A stretch of 35,500 nucleotides of DNA. It comes from a bacterium. Its GTDB lineage: Bacteria; Electryoneota; Electryoneia; Electryoneales; Electryoneaceae. The position numbers and the translations under genes are program-made. Below the pieces are notes generated by a model that saw only the letters and a list, made by a program, of their open reading frames with translations, searched no databases and was not told the origin of the DNA. Shown in pieces: positions 27,806 through 35,500 of this stretch (its first letter is position 1; every line of letters begins with the position of its first letter). The stretch spans positions 1 through 35,500 of the forward strand of contig JAZDLX010000002.1 in NCBI GenBank assembly GCA_043801585.1, read 5' to 3'.

Positions 27806-28504
27806 TTACCTGTCGCTGACCATTCCCCGCAGGAGCAGGAGTCGGACGAGGTTGAGAATCGAGGATGCCGCGGCTGCCACGTAGGTCCACGCTGCGGCGG
27901 TGAGCATCGCTTTCGCGCCCGCAGCTTCGTCGGACATCACATAGCCATCGGTGTTCAGCACCGCGAGTGCACGCCGCGAAGCGTCGAACTCCACCGGCAA
28001 TGTCACCATGTGGAAAAGGACCACCAGGCTGAACAGGACGATGCCGGCATCGATCAGGTGAATCCCGCCACTGCCCATGATGAAACCGATGATGACCAGC
28101 GGAAACGCCAGCCAGCTCCCGAACTGTACCGGACCGACCAGTGCATGACGGAACCGGAGCATCGAATACCCTTCCATGTGCTGGACGGCGTGTCCAACCT
28201 CGTGCGCCGCTACCGCCAGCCCCGCCACGGATGGCTTCGAATAGTTCTGTTCAGACAGGAAGACCGTGTGGCTGCGAGGGTCGTAGTGATCCGAGAGCAA
28301 ACCCCTCGTCGCCTTGACTTCCACATCCTGCAACCCAAACCGGTCGAGGATGCGCCGCGCCGTCTGGGCGCCGGTGAGTCCGCTGCGGTTTGCGATACGG
28401 CTGTATTTCCGATAGGCGCTCTGCACCTTGTTCTGAGCCCACACCGCCAGGATGATCGCCGGTATCAGCAGGATCATCGTTGGATCGAACAGCGGGAAAA
28501 ACAT
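27806..28504 (-). CDS. Membrane zinc metallopeptidase, YugP (Zn_peptidase_2) family
   Basis: LSDHYDP, AVAAHEVGHAVQH, TLPVEFDASRRA, AAAWTYVA. Confidence 0.93.
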   Translation of the reverse strand: MFFPLFDPTMILLIPAIILAVWAQNKVQSAYRKYSRIANRSGLTGAQTARRILDRFGLQDVEVKATRGLLSDHYDPRSHTVFLSEQNYSKPSVAGLAVAAHEVGHAVQHMEGYSMLRFRHALVGPVQFGSWLAFPLVIIGFIMGSGGIHLIDAGIVLFSLVVLFHMVTLPVEFDASRRALAVLNTDGYVMSDEAAGAKAMLTAAAWTYVAAAASSILNLVRLLLLRGMVSDR

Positions 28505-28623
28505 CCTGTTCTCCTTTCTCCATCACATTTGATGCATACCGGTGTTCGGTCATTGAAAATACGCTCGGAATGGGGGTTTCGTTCCAGTAGCCAGCACTGC
28601 TCAGGTCCCCGGGAGGTCAAGTT

Positions 28624-28701
28624 GAAAAATGTATCAGGTACTTTAATCAATCAGATTCAAGTAATACATCGGCACGAAAAAGGTATCTGGTACATTTTTC
28701 C
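28624..28701. repeat. Long inverted repeat, second member of the ATGTAYCAGGTAC family
   Basis: gaaaaatgtatcaggtacttt / aaggtatctggtacatttttc (18/21, all three mismatches G-T compatible). Confidence 0.75.
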
Positions 28702-28816
28702 TTTCCTGTCATCGAAGCCAGTTTACCAGTGAACTACTCAATCCCCGGACGTTAGACATTGCGCCCGCTCCCCGATCCGGTCTATCTTCACGCACCCCGA
28801 GGAACCGACGGACGGA

Positions 28817-29461
28817 TTGATGATCAATTACCAGTTGGCACGCGAGGAGATGGTGCAAACGCTGGAGCGCAAGGGGATACGCGATCCCCTTGTGTTGGCG
28901 GCAGTGCGCGAGATCAAACGGCACCTCTTCGTCCCCAACAACCTGCGCCACCGTGCCTACGAGGATTCCCCCCTTTCCATCGGCGAAGGACAGACGATCA
29001 GCCAGCCGTTCATGGTTGCCCGAATGACCGAACTGTTGGGGCTCCAGGGCGACGAAAAAGTCCTCGAGATCGGTACCGGGTCGGGCTACCAGGCGGCGAT
29101 TCTCTCGCGGCTTGCATCCAAGGTGTTCACCATCGAACGGATCAGCGCACTCGCCCGCCAGGCGGAAGAACGATTCGAGAAGATGGGACTCGGCAACATC
29201 GTACAACGGGTCGGTGACGGCTCAATCGGCTGGAAACAGGTTGGACCCTTCAACGGGATCATCGTAACCGCCGCATCGCCACACATCCCGACAGCTCTAA
29301 CCGATCAGTTGAGTGAAGGTGGCCGCCTTGTCATCCCAACAGGCCCGCGGCGAGTGCAGGATCTGAAGCTCGTCATCCGCATCGGCAATGAATTGAACGT
29401 AACGAGTCACGGCGGGTGTGTTTTCGTGCCCCTGATCGGGAGTGATGGATGGACGGACTGA
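28817..29461 (+). CDS. pcm: Protein-L-isoaspartate O-methyltransferase
   Basis: RHLFVP, IGEGQTISQP, VLEIGTGSGYQAAIL, GDGSIGW, IIVTAA, FVPLIG. Confidence 0.96.
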   Translation: MMINYQLAREEMVQTLERKGIRDPLVLAAVREIKRHLFVPNNLRHRAYEDSPLSIGEGQTISQPFMVARMTELLGLQGDEKVLEIGTGSGYQAAILSRLASKVFTIERISALARQAEERFEKMGLGNIVQRVGDGSIGWKQVGPFNGIIVTAASPHIPTALTDQLSEGGRLVIPTGPRRVQDLKLVIRIGNELNVTSHGGCVFVPLIGSDGWTD

Positions 29462-29982
29462 TCCTGTTGAGCATCGGAGAACGGGTTGCCAGCGCAATTG
29501 TCACATGGATGCAGGGCGTCCCTCCCTGGCTGATTGTTGTCGTCATTGCGATGCTCCCTATTGTTGAGCTCCGTGCAGCGATTCCCGTGGCGATTGCCGC
29601 TCTGCACATGCACTGGGCGGAAGCTGTGGTGTTCTCGATTCTCGGAAATATGATCCCGATCCCCTTTGTGCTCTGGCTGCTGGACCCGATCCGCCGACTG
29701 CTCAGCCGTTGGACGTTTTTTAACCGCCTGTTCGAGAAAATCTTTCAACACGCTTTGAAACGCAGCAAAGCTCTGCAGCACACTGAATCTATCGGATTGA
29801 TTCTCTTTGTCGCCATCCCCCTCCCCGCGACCGGCGCCTGGACAGGTTCTCTGGTCGCCTACCTGCTCCGGTTTCCAAGGGGCAAATCTTTGATTTACAT
29901 ACTTTACGGTGTGATTATCGCCTCGATTGTGGTCACCCTTGCGACCATCGGGACATTGGGAGCTGTACACCTGATCGGTTAG
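29449..29982 (+). CDS. COG2426 / putative small multi-drug export family membrane protein
   Basis: AMLPIVELRAAIP, GLILFVAIPLPATGAWTG; overlaps pcm by 13 nt. Confidence 0.88.
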   Translation: MDGLILLSIGERVASAIVTWMQGVPPWLIVVVIAMLPIVELRAAIPVAIAALHMHWAEAVVFSILGNMIPIPFVLWLLDPIRRLLSRWTFFNRLFEKIFQHALKRSKALQHTESIGLILFVAIPLPATGAWTGSLVAYLLRFPRGKSLIYILYGVIIASIVVTLATIGTLGAVHLIG

Positions 29983-30086
29983 TCAACGGTCACACCTGTG
30001 TGCTCCATGTCACATGTGTGGATTTCCTGTCCCACATTCAAACAAGCTAAATTCTCTAACAAACTGTTATTTAAGGATTATAGTTC

Positions 30087-30102
30087 TGGCATTGCGGTTG
30101 CA
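30087..30102 (+). promoter_or_regulatory. Sigma-54 (-24/-12) promoter
   Basis: TGGCATTGCGGTTGCA fits TGGCAC-N5-TTGCW with exact GG-N10-GC spacing, 41 nt before ATG 30144; IHF-like TAACAAACTGTTA at 30057-30069. Confidence 0.7.
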
Positions 30103-30143
30103 TTTGCATTGAGCAAGCCGGAGCATAATTCGAGGGACAGACG

Positions 30144-31952
30144 ATGAACAGTGACAACAAGGTTGCCTCATCCATTCATTCAAGCAAGCTGTTAAACAAA
30201 GGGTTAAAGACGCATCAGCAGCGTTTGAGCTACACCTTTCTGTCCCTTTTGGCGCTTTTCCTGCTGGCTGGTTTTGTATTTCCCGGCAGCTCGGCGCTTG
30301 CCCAATCAGACAACCCCGACAGCTTGGGGCTTTTTGGAAAGGATCTGATTGATAAAGAATTGAACTCTTCCTTCCCAAAAGACTTCTTCCCTCATCAGAA
30401 ACTTGATTCTTACCAGCAACGCTGGTTCAGTATCACCCTTTACAAGGGAATCAGTTTCTGGGGCACCAACTCCGACAATGTGATCAACCACGCCGTTATC
30501 GGACTCTCGGTGGACCGGATGGCACGTCTTGAGGGTATCGGAGTTGCAGCCATCGGAAGCGCGGCGATCGAACACGTTTACGGAATCCAGATTGCACCAT
30601 TGGGAGCCGCCGCCGGAGGGGATCTGATCGGATTTCAGGCTGGATTGGGAGCCGCAGCCGGTGGAAATGGAACCGGTATTCAGGTCGGTTTTGCAGGTGC
30701 TGTCATCGGGGAGTCATTTCGGGGTATCCAACTATCCCTTTTTGCTTCTGCAACAGGTAGAGACGTCACTTTAGTACAGATCAGCGGGTTGGCTGCTGTT
30801 GCCGGTCGAAGAGTTTCCGCCTTGCAGGTCGGTGGTTTTGCCTCTGTTGCGGGTAGCGAACTCAACGGAATTCAGCTCTCCGGGCTGAGTGCGGTGGCAG
30901 GGGCGGATGTTCGTGGCATTCAATTCTCAGGGTTGGCTTCCGTGGGTGGACGGGATGTCACCTTCGCCCAGGTCGGCGGTCTCGCTTCAGTTGCCGGCCG
31001 GGATGTCAACGCGATTCAGTTGGCAGGATTTGCGTCCGTTGGAGGCCGCGATGTCAACGGCGTGCAAATGGGTGGATTGGCTGCTGTTGGGGGTCGTGAT
31101 TTCAAGGGAATCCAAGCGGGTGGTCTCGCCGCAGTGACTGGTGAGAACATGATCGGCATCCAGGCGAGCGGTGTGGGGAGTGTCATCGGTGGACGGATGA
31201 GGGGCATCCAGATTTCCGGCCTTGCCAACGTCGCCGCGAATGACATGCAGGGGTTGCAGGTGGGTACAGCCAATTTCGGCTCGAGACAAAAGGGGCTTCA
31301 GATTGGTGCCATTAACGCCGCTGAGGACTTGCGGGGGTTGCAGATTGGCATCACCAACAGCACCTACGATCTCTACGGCATTCAGATTGGTTTGATCAAC
31401 CAGATTGATGGCGAGAACCACGGTATCCACATCGGCGCGATCACGAAAATCTCTGGTGAGAATCGTTACCTGGAACTCGGCTACGGCGCGGAAGGTTCCG
31501 CCGACATCAACTACATCACCGGAACACGCATTCTTCGTTCCATTGTGTCAATAAAAGTTGCGCCCTGGGAGAACCCCGATTGGTGGATGCTGGGCGGGGG
31601 CATTGGAACACAGTTCGCGGTGATCCCGGATGCGTTCGACGTCGAACTTGACGGTATTTATTACAAAATCAACGATGGCGATTTCTGGACTTCGAAGGAA
31701 CACTGGATGTTCACGGGACGTCTGATTGGCCTCGTCCCGATTACCGAAACGATCTCCTTGTATGGCGGACTCACCTACAACACCCTGACCTCGCGTCTCA
31801 ACGACGGGGAAAGGTACGAGGCTATTGCCCTGGATGATTCGGTCAATTGGAAGGTTTTTCATCGCAGATGGATCGGATACCAGGCTGGGATGCGCGTGAT
31901 ATTCAACCGAGTATCCATTTTCGAGTCACTGTTTAATGCCATGGTGATTTAG
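30144..31952 (+). CDS. Surface/outer-membrane protein with about 20 G-x-Q repeats (LA_2272-like) and a probable C-terminal beta-barrel
   Basis: Signal peptide ending SSALA; 16-aa repeats (e.g. RDVNGVQMGGLAAVGG) then 14-aa repeats (GLQIGAIN) at about 30525-31454; amphipathic strands near the end (GYQAGMRVIF). Confidence 0.8.
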   Translation: MNSDNKVASSIHSSKLLNKGLKTHQQRLSYTFLSLLALFLLAGFVFPGSSALAQSDNPDSLGLFGKDLIDKELNSSFPKDFFPHQKLDSYQQRWFSITLYKGISFWGTNSDNVINHAVIGLSVDRMARLEGIGVAAIGSAAIEHVYGIQIAPLGAAAGGDLIGFQAGLGAAAGGNGTGIQVGFAGAVIGESFRGIQLSLFASATGRDVTLVQISGLAAVAGRRVSALQVGGFASVAGSELNGIQLSGLSAVAGADVRGIQFSGLASVGGRDVTFAQVGGLASVAGRDVNAIQLAGFASVGGRDVNGVQMGGLAAVGGRDFKGIQAGGLAAVTGENMIGIQASGVGSVIGGRMRGIQISGLANVAANDMQGLQVGTANFGSRQKGLQIGAINAAEDLRGLQIGITNSTYDLYGIQIGLINQIDGENHGIHIGAITKISGENRYLELGYGAEGSADINYITGTRILRSIVSIKVAPWENPDWWMLGGGIGTQFAVIPDAFDVELDGIYYKINDGDFWTSKEHWMFTGRLIGLVPITETISLYGGLTYNTLTSRLNDGERYEAIALDDSVNWKVFHRRWIGYQAGMRVIFNRVSIFESLFNAMVI

Positions 31953-32017
31953 GCCGGTTCACAATGAATGGCCATCTGGGGGAGGGACCGGACCCGCCCT
32001 CCCCTGTTTCCTCCCAA

Positions 32018-32052
32018 GACACCCGAACGTCTGAAAAGGCGTTCGGGTGTTT
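32018..32052 (+). terminator. Probable terminator hairpin after the repeat-protein gene
   Basis: gacacccgaacgtct-GAAA-aggcgttcgggtgtt followed by a short T run. Confidence 0.6.
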
Positions 32053-32067
32053 GATTCAGAAATTAAA

Positions 32068-32152
32068 AAGGGGACACGTACCTATTAATTTTCTCGTTCA
32101 ATGCACGCAAGTGCATACCTCATTAACAGAATTAAAAGGTACGTGTCCCCTT
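32068..32152. repeat. Long inverted repeat, GGGGACACGTACC family
   Basis: aaggggacacgtacctattaatt / aattaaaaggtacgtgtcccctt match 22/23; inner hairpin atgcac-GCAA-gtgcat. Confidence 0.78.
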
Positions 32153-32174
32153 AATTCCCACGAACGCTAATCAA

Positions 32175-32294
32175 TCATTCTGAATCCGCCAGCCGGCGGA
32201 TGAAGAATCTCTCGTTGTGAGTTCTCAAGAACGACCGATTGAATCACATCGAGAGATCCTTCTCGTCCCGAACCTTCGTGACGTCAGGATGACA
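32175..32294. repeat. TCATTCTGA..GAAGAATCTC REP doublet containing a nested 16-bp palindrome
   Basis: Left tcattctgaatccgccagccggcggatgaagaatctc; right gagatccttc..tcaggatgaca. Confidence 0.72.
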
Positions 32295-32320
32295 CCTCGA
32301 CTGCGTCCTCGTTAAAGTAG

Positions 32321-32350
32321 AAAATCCCCCCAAATACATTGAGGGGATTT
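32321..32350 (-). terminator. Probable terminator of fumC
   Basis: Minus strand AAATCCCC-TCAATGTATTTGG-GGGGATTTT, 24 nt after the stop. Confidence 0.55.
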
Positions 32351-32374
32351 GATTCCTCACGATCAGTCGAAGGC

Positions 32375-33766
32375 TTATTTCTTCGGCCCGGTCATCAACT
32401 CCGGACGAACGACCTCGTCGAATTTCTCGGCGGTCATCAGACCCAGCGCGACCACCGCCTCCTTCAGGGTCGTCCCCTCCTTGTGCGCCTTCTTTGCCAC
32501 TTTCGCCGCGTTGTCATACCCGATGTGCGGGTTCAACGCGGTGACCAGCATCAGCGATTCCTGCAGGTACTTGTTGATCTGCTCGCGGTTCGGCTGGATG
32601 CCGACGACGCAATTGTCCGTGAGCGACAGGCAGACATCCCCGAGCAACTTGGCGGACTGGAGGAAATTGTAGATCATCACCGGCTTGAAGACGTTCAGTT
32701 CGAAATGGCCGGTCGCTCCGCCGATGTTGATCGCAACGTCGTTTCCCATCACCTGGGCCGCGACCATCGTCGCCGCTTCCGGCTGGGTCGGGTTCACCTT
32801 GCCCGGCATGATCGAGCTACCGGGCTCGTTTTCCGGAAGCATCAGTTCGCCAATGCCGCAACGCGGTCCGCTGCCGAGCAGGCGGATGTCGTTGGCGACT
32901 TTCATCAGGCTGACGGCTACAGTTTTCAACGCCCCGTGCGCCTCGACGATGGTGTCATGGGAGGCGAGCGCCTCAAACTTGTTCGGTGCGGTGACGAAGG
33001 GCAATCCCGTCAGTTCGGCGATCTTGGCCGCCGAGCGTTCGGCGAATTCCGGGTGGGTGTTGAGGCCGGTGCCGACAGCCGTTCCGCCGAGCGCCAGTTC
33101 GTAGACATGCGGGAGCACCGCTTCGATCCGCACCAGCGCCATCGTCATCTGGTGGGCGTACCCGCTGAACTCCTGGCCGAGGGTCAACGGCACGGCGTCC
33201 ATCAGGTGGGTGCGGCCGATCTTGACAATATCCTTGAACTCCTCGGACTTATCCTTCAGCCCATTGCGGAGTTTCAACACACCCGGCAGGGTGACCTTGT
33301 TCAGCATCGTCGCCGCCGCGATGTGCATCGCCGTCGGGAAGGTGTCGTTAGAGGATTGCGCCTTGTTCACATCGTCATTGGGATGGACCGGGTCCTTGCT
33401 GCCGATCACCCCGCCCGCCATTTCGATGGCGCGGTTGGCGATCACCTCGTTGACGTTCATGTTCGACTGCGTGCCCGACCCGGTCTGCCAGACGACGAGC
33501 GGGAAATGGCCGTCAAGCTTGCCCTCGATCACCTCGTCCGCCGCGGCGACGATCAGCTTCGCCTTCTCTTGCGGGAGTGTGCCCAGCTCGGCGTTGACCA
33601 GTGCGGCCGCCTTCTTCAGGATGCCGAACGCCTTGATCAGTTCCGGCGGCATCGTCTCCCCGCCGATCTTGAAATTCATCAGACTGCGGGCTGTCTGAGC
33701 GCCCCAGTACTTGTCGCTGGGCACTTTCATCTCGCCCATCGTGTCCTTTTCAACACGGTACTCCAT
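32375..33766 (-). CDS. fumC: Fumarate hydratase class II
   Basis: [48 protein letters not shown] signature; ATG 33766 with GGGAGG RBS. Confidence 0.98.
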   Translation of the reverse strand: MEYRVEKDTMGEMKVPSDKYWGAQTARSLMNFKIGGETMPPELIKAFGILKKAAALVNAELGTLPQEKAKLIVAAADEVIEGKLDGHFPLVVWQTGSGTQSNMNVNEVIANRAIEMAGGVIGSKDPVHPNDDVNKAQSSNDTFPTAMHIAAATMLNKVTLPGVLKLRNGLKDKSEEFKDIVKIGRTHLMDAVPLTLGQEFSGYAHQMTMALVRIEAVLPHVYELALGGTAVGTGLNTHPEFAERSAAKIAELTGLPFVTAPNKFEALASHDTIVEAHGALKTVAVSLMKVANDIRLLGSGPRCGIGELMLPENEPGSSIMPGKVNPTQPEAATMVAAQVMGNDVAINIGGATGHFELNVFKPVMIYNFLQSAKLLGDVCLSLTDNCVVGIQPNREQINKYLQESLMLVTALNPHIGYDNAAKVAKKAHKEGTTLKEAVVALGLMTAEKFDEVVRPELMTGPKK

Positions 33767-33788
33767 GGGTAAACCTCCCACTTCCGCC

Positions 33789-33817
33789 ATTATGGCGGAG
33801 GTTTCATCCGGACGCAA
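33789..33817 (-). promoter_or_regulatory. Candidate sigma-70 promoter of fumC
   Basis: Minus strand TTGCGT-17 nt-CATAAT; the -10 box lies within the palindrome TCCGCCATAATGGCGGA. Confidence 0.5.
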
Positions 33818-34067
33818 CCGGGATTGCAGATGTGGCGGCGAATCGTCCAGGCAAACTTCTCCCCCGGACCCACTTCGCCCCGGATTTCCTTTTCAATGGA
33901 GAGAAGATAAGGCGTGATTTGCGGAAGGTGTAGTGGCCTCCCTCTCGGGGAATTTGGTGGAGATTTCGATTACAGGACTGAACTCTCCTGAGAATTTCCA
34001 AATAGTTAAGAAGGCTGTCGCTTTGTAACTGTCTGGATACTCCCCCGAGTATCCATCGTTGCGGTCG

Positions 34068-34312
34068 TGTCATTGCGAGGAATCCGTCAGCTGACGGATG
34101 ACGAAGCAATCTCGTCGTCTTTTATGAAACCCGGGACTGATCCGCCGGCTGGCGGACCGGGCCACCCTACTGAGCCACCCCTCTGTCATCCCCGCAACCT
34201 GTCCGCCCACCGGCGGAAGGCGGGGATCCATTTTCACCAAAAACACTAGCATGTAGCCCGGTTTCTTGAAACCGGGAGAATGATCACTCCCGGATTCGAG
34301 AATCCGGGCTAC
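34068..34312. repeat. Cluster of four REP-like families between elbB and fumC, three carrying the nested micro-palindrome
   Basis: 34068-34114 (GTCATTGCG type), 34125-34167 (CCCGGGACT type), 34184-34230 (GTCATCCCCGC..GCGGGGATCCA type), 34253-34312 (GTAGCCCGG doublet). Confidence 0.8.
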
Positions 34313-34326
34313 CGTAATTGAAACGG

Positions 34327-34986
34327 TTATTTCACCATCTTCAGCGTCGCGTCAACCAGCTTGCGGATGCCCTTGGCGACGTCGGAGATGCTGGCGTTGT
34401 ACATGTAGGCCGGTGCGGAAACGATCCGGTTCTTGCGGTCGATGACGACGTCATCCACGGGGCACTCGACATGTTCCGCGCCCATTTTCACAATCGCTGC
34501 GGCGGTGGCTGGATCGTTGCCGATGGTCAGTTTGACCGGGATTTTCGCCTTGCCGAGGACACGGGCGACGACAGTCGGGGCGATGCACATCGGGGCGATC
34601 GGTTTGCCTGCCTTGTGGAACGCCAGGATCAGTTTCTCGAGCTCACGATTGACCCGGCATTTCGCACCCTTGACGGCGAAGTTGCTGAGGTTTTTCGCGG
34701 CGCCGAATCCGCCGGGCAGGATCAGTGCATCATAACGGGCAGTTGCCTGCGAGAGGGGTTTGATTGCGCCCCTTGCGATCCGCGCGGCTTCCACGAGGAC
34801 GTTCCGTTTCTCCTTGGATTCCTTGCCGGTGAGGTGGTTGATCACGTGCATTTGTTTGACATCGGGCGCGAAGATGGTCACCTTGGCGCCTTTTTCGCTG
34901 AGACGCAGCAACGTGATCACCGCTTCATGCAGTTCGCTCCCATCGTACACCCCGCTTCCGGAAAGCACTACGGCGACATGTGCCAT
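34327..34986 (-). CDS. elbB: ElbB/ES1 (DJ-1/PfpI superfamily) glyoxalase
   Basis: VAVVLSGSGVYDGSELHE, NVLVEAARIARG, PGGFGAAKNL, MCIAP, LTIGND, PAYM. Confidence 0.95.
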   Translation of the reverse strand: MAHVAVVLSGSGVYDGSELHEAVITLLRLSEKGAKVTIFAPDVKQMHVINHLTGKESKEKRNVLVEAARIARGAIKPLSQATARYDALILPGGFGAAKNLSNFAVKGAKCRVNRELEKLILAFHKAGKPIAPMCIAPTVVARVLGKAKIPVKLTIGNDPATAAAIVKMGAEHVECPVDDVVIDRKNRIVSAPAYMYNASISDVAKGIRKLVDATLKMVK

Positions 34987-35032
34987 CCTGTCCTCCCTTG
35001 TGTTTCGGTTCGCGGTTCTGAAATGAATATTG

Positions 35033-35073
35033 TAGTCATTCTGAATCCGCCAACTGGCGCGTCAGGATGACTA
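35033..35073. repeat. Collapsed REP doublet hairpin between the sigma-54 regulator and elbB
   Basis: tagtcattctga-atccgccaactggcgcg-tcaggatgacta; both ends match the ends of the element at 32175-32294. Confidence 0.65.
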
Positions 35074-35118
35074 TATATACTTGTCATGACCCAAAATTAA
35101 ACGGAAAGTATCCCCTTT

Positions 35119-35500
35119 TTAATTTCCGGGTATTTTAATCCCGTACTGCTCAATCTTGCGGTCGAGGGTAGTACGGGCGATGTTCAGCGCCTCGCAGACC
35201 GCTTTCTTTTTCCAGCCGAGCCGTTGCAGGGCGTGCTGGATGTACCGTTTCTCCACCTCCTCGAGGCTGACGACGTCTTCGGGGAACTGGAAACCGCCCT
35301 CACTGTTGGTGCCGGTCCGGTCCAGTCCTTCTGAGGTCAGATCCGGCAGATACTGCGGGAGCAGGATGTCGCCCTTGGCCATGACGGTGGCATGGCGGAG
35401 AACGTTCTCCAGTTCGCGGACGTTGCCGGGGAAATTGAACTGTTTCAGTTTTTTCAACGCGTCGGGATCGATGCGGCGGATATTGCTCCCCTGCTCCATG
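35119..35500 (-). CDS. Sigma-54-dependent transcriptional activator (NtrC/Fis family), C-terminal part
   Basis: FPGNVRELEN (end of AAA+ domain) and Fis-type HTH KKAVCEALNIARTTLDRKIEQYGI; 5' end outside the window. Confidence 0.93.
   Translation of the reverse strand, partial: MEQGSNIRRIDPDALKKLKQFNFPGNVRELENVLRHATVMAKGDILLPQYLPDLTSEGLDRTGTNSEGGFQFPEDVVSLEEVEKRYIQHALQRLGWKKKAVCEALNIARTTLDRKIEQYGIKIPGN

Noticed and set aside
29989..30036. Short repeated GTCACA/TGTG motifs as a possible mini-CRISPR
   Set aside because: Units are too short with no spacer-length regularity and no cas genes; better explained as regulator binding sites.
2576..35070. Many long antisense or overlapping ORFs (e.g. 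3070-4263, 4390-5397, 7987-9663, 12639-14213, 16531-17649, 32339-33772)
   Set aside because: They shadow well-supported genes on the opposite strand, carry no recognisable motifs, and are expected from GC-rich codon bias.

Overview
Bacterial chromosomal window, GC-rich in housekeeping genes with AT-rich patches. The YPNP-type C-terminal sorting tail suggests an FCB-group lineage (inference). Housekeeping backbone, mostly on the - strand: trpS-scpA-scpB, a long SDR-like protein, tRNA-Leu(TAG)-[hypothetical]-tig-clpP-clpX-lon-[AT-rich islet]-engB, fbp, a YugP-type Zn peptidase, fumC, elbB and the 3' end of a sigma-54 activator. On the + strand: an OPT transporter with a DAGK-family kinase, and pcm with a COG2426 membrane protein. 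Accessory secreted proteins: an LVIVD-repeat protein at 1..2081 (missed by the ORF track because it runs off the window), a multidomain GH31, two lipoproteins, and a G-x-Q repeat outer-membrane protein behind a good sigma-54 promoter. No CRISPR array, transposase, integrase, reverse transcriptase or rRNA was recognised. The most unusual signal is non-coding. Many intergenic regions are packed with several unrelated REP/MITE-like palindrome families, and a 16-bp micro-palindrome TCCGYC-N4-GRCGGA sits nested inside four different REP families. One REP occurs both empty (2378) and filled (34125), suggesting a tiny element that targets other repeats.
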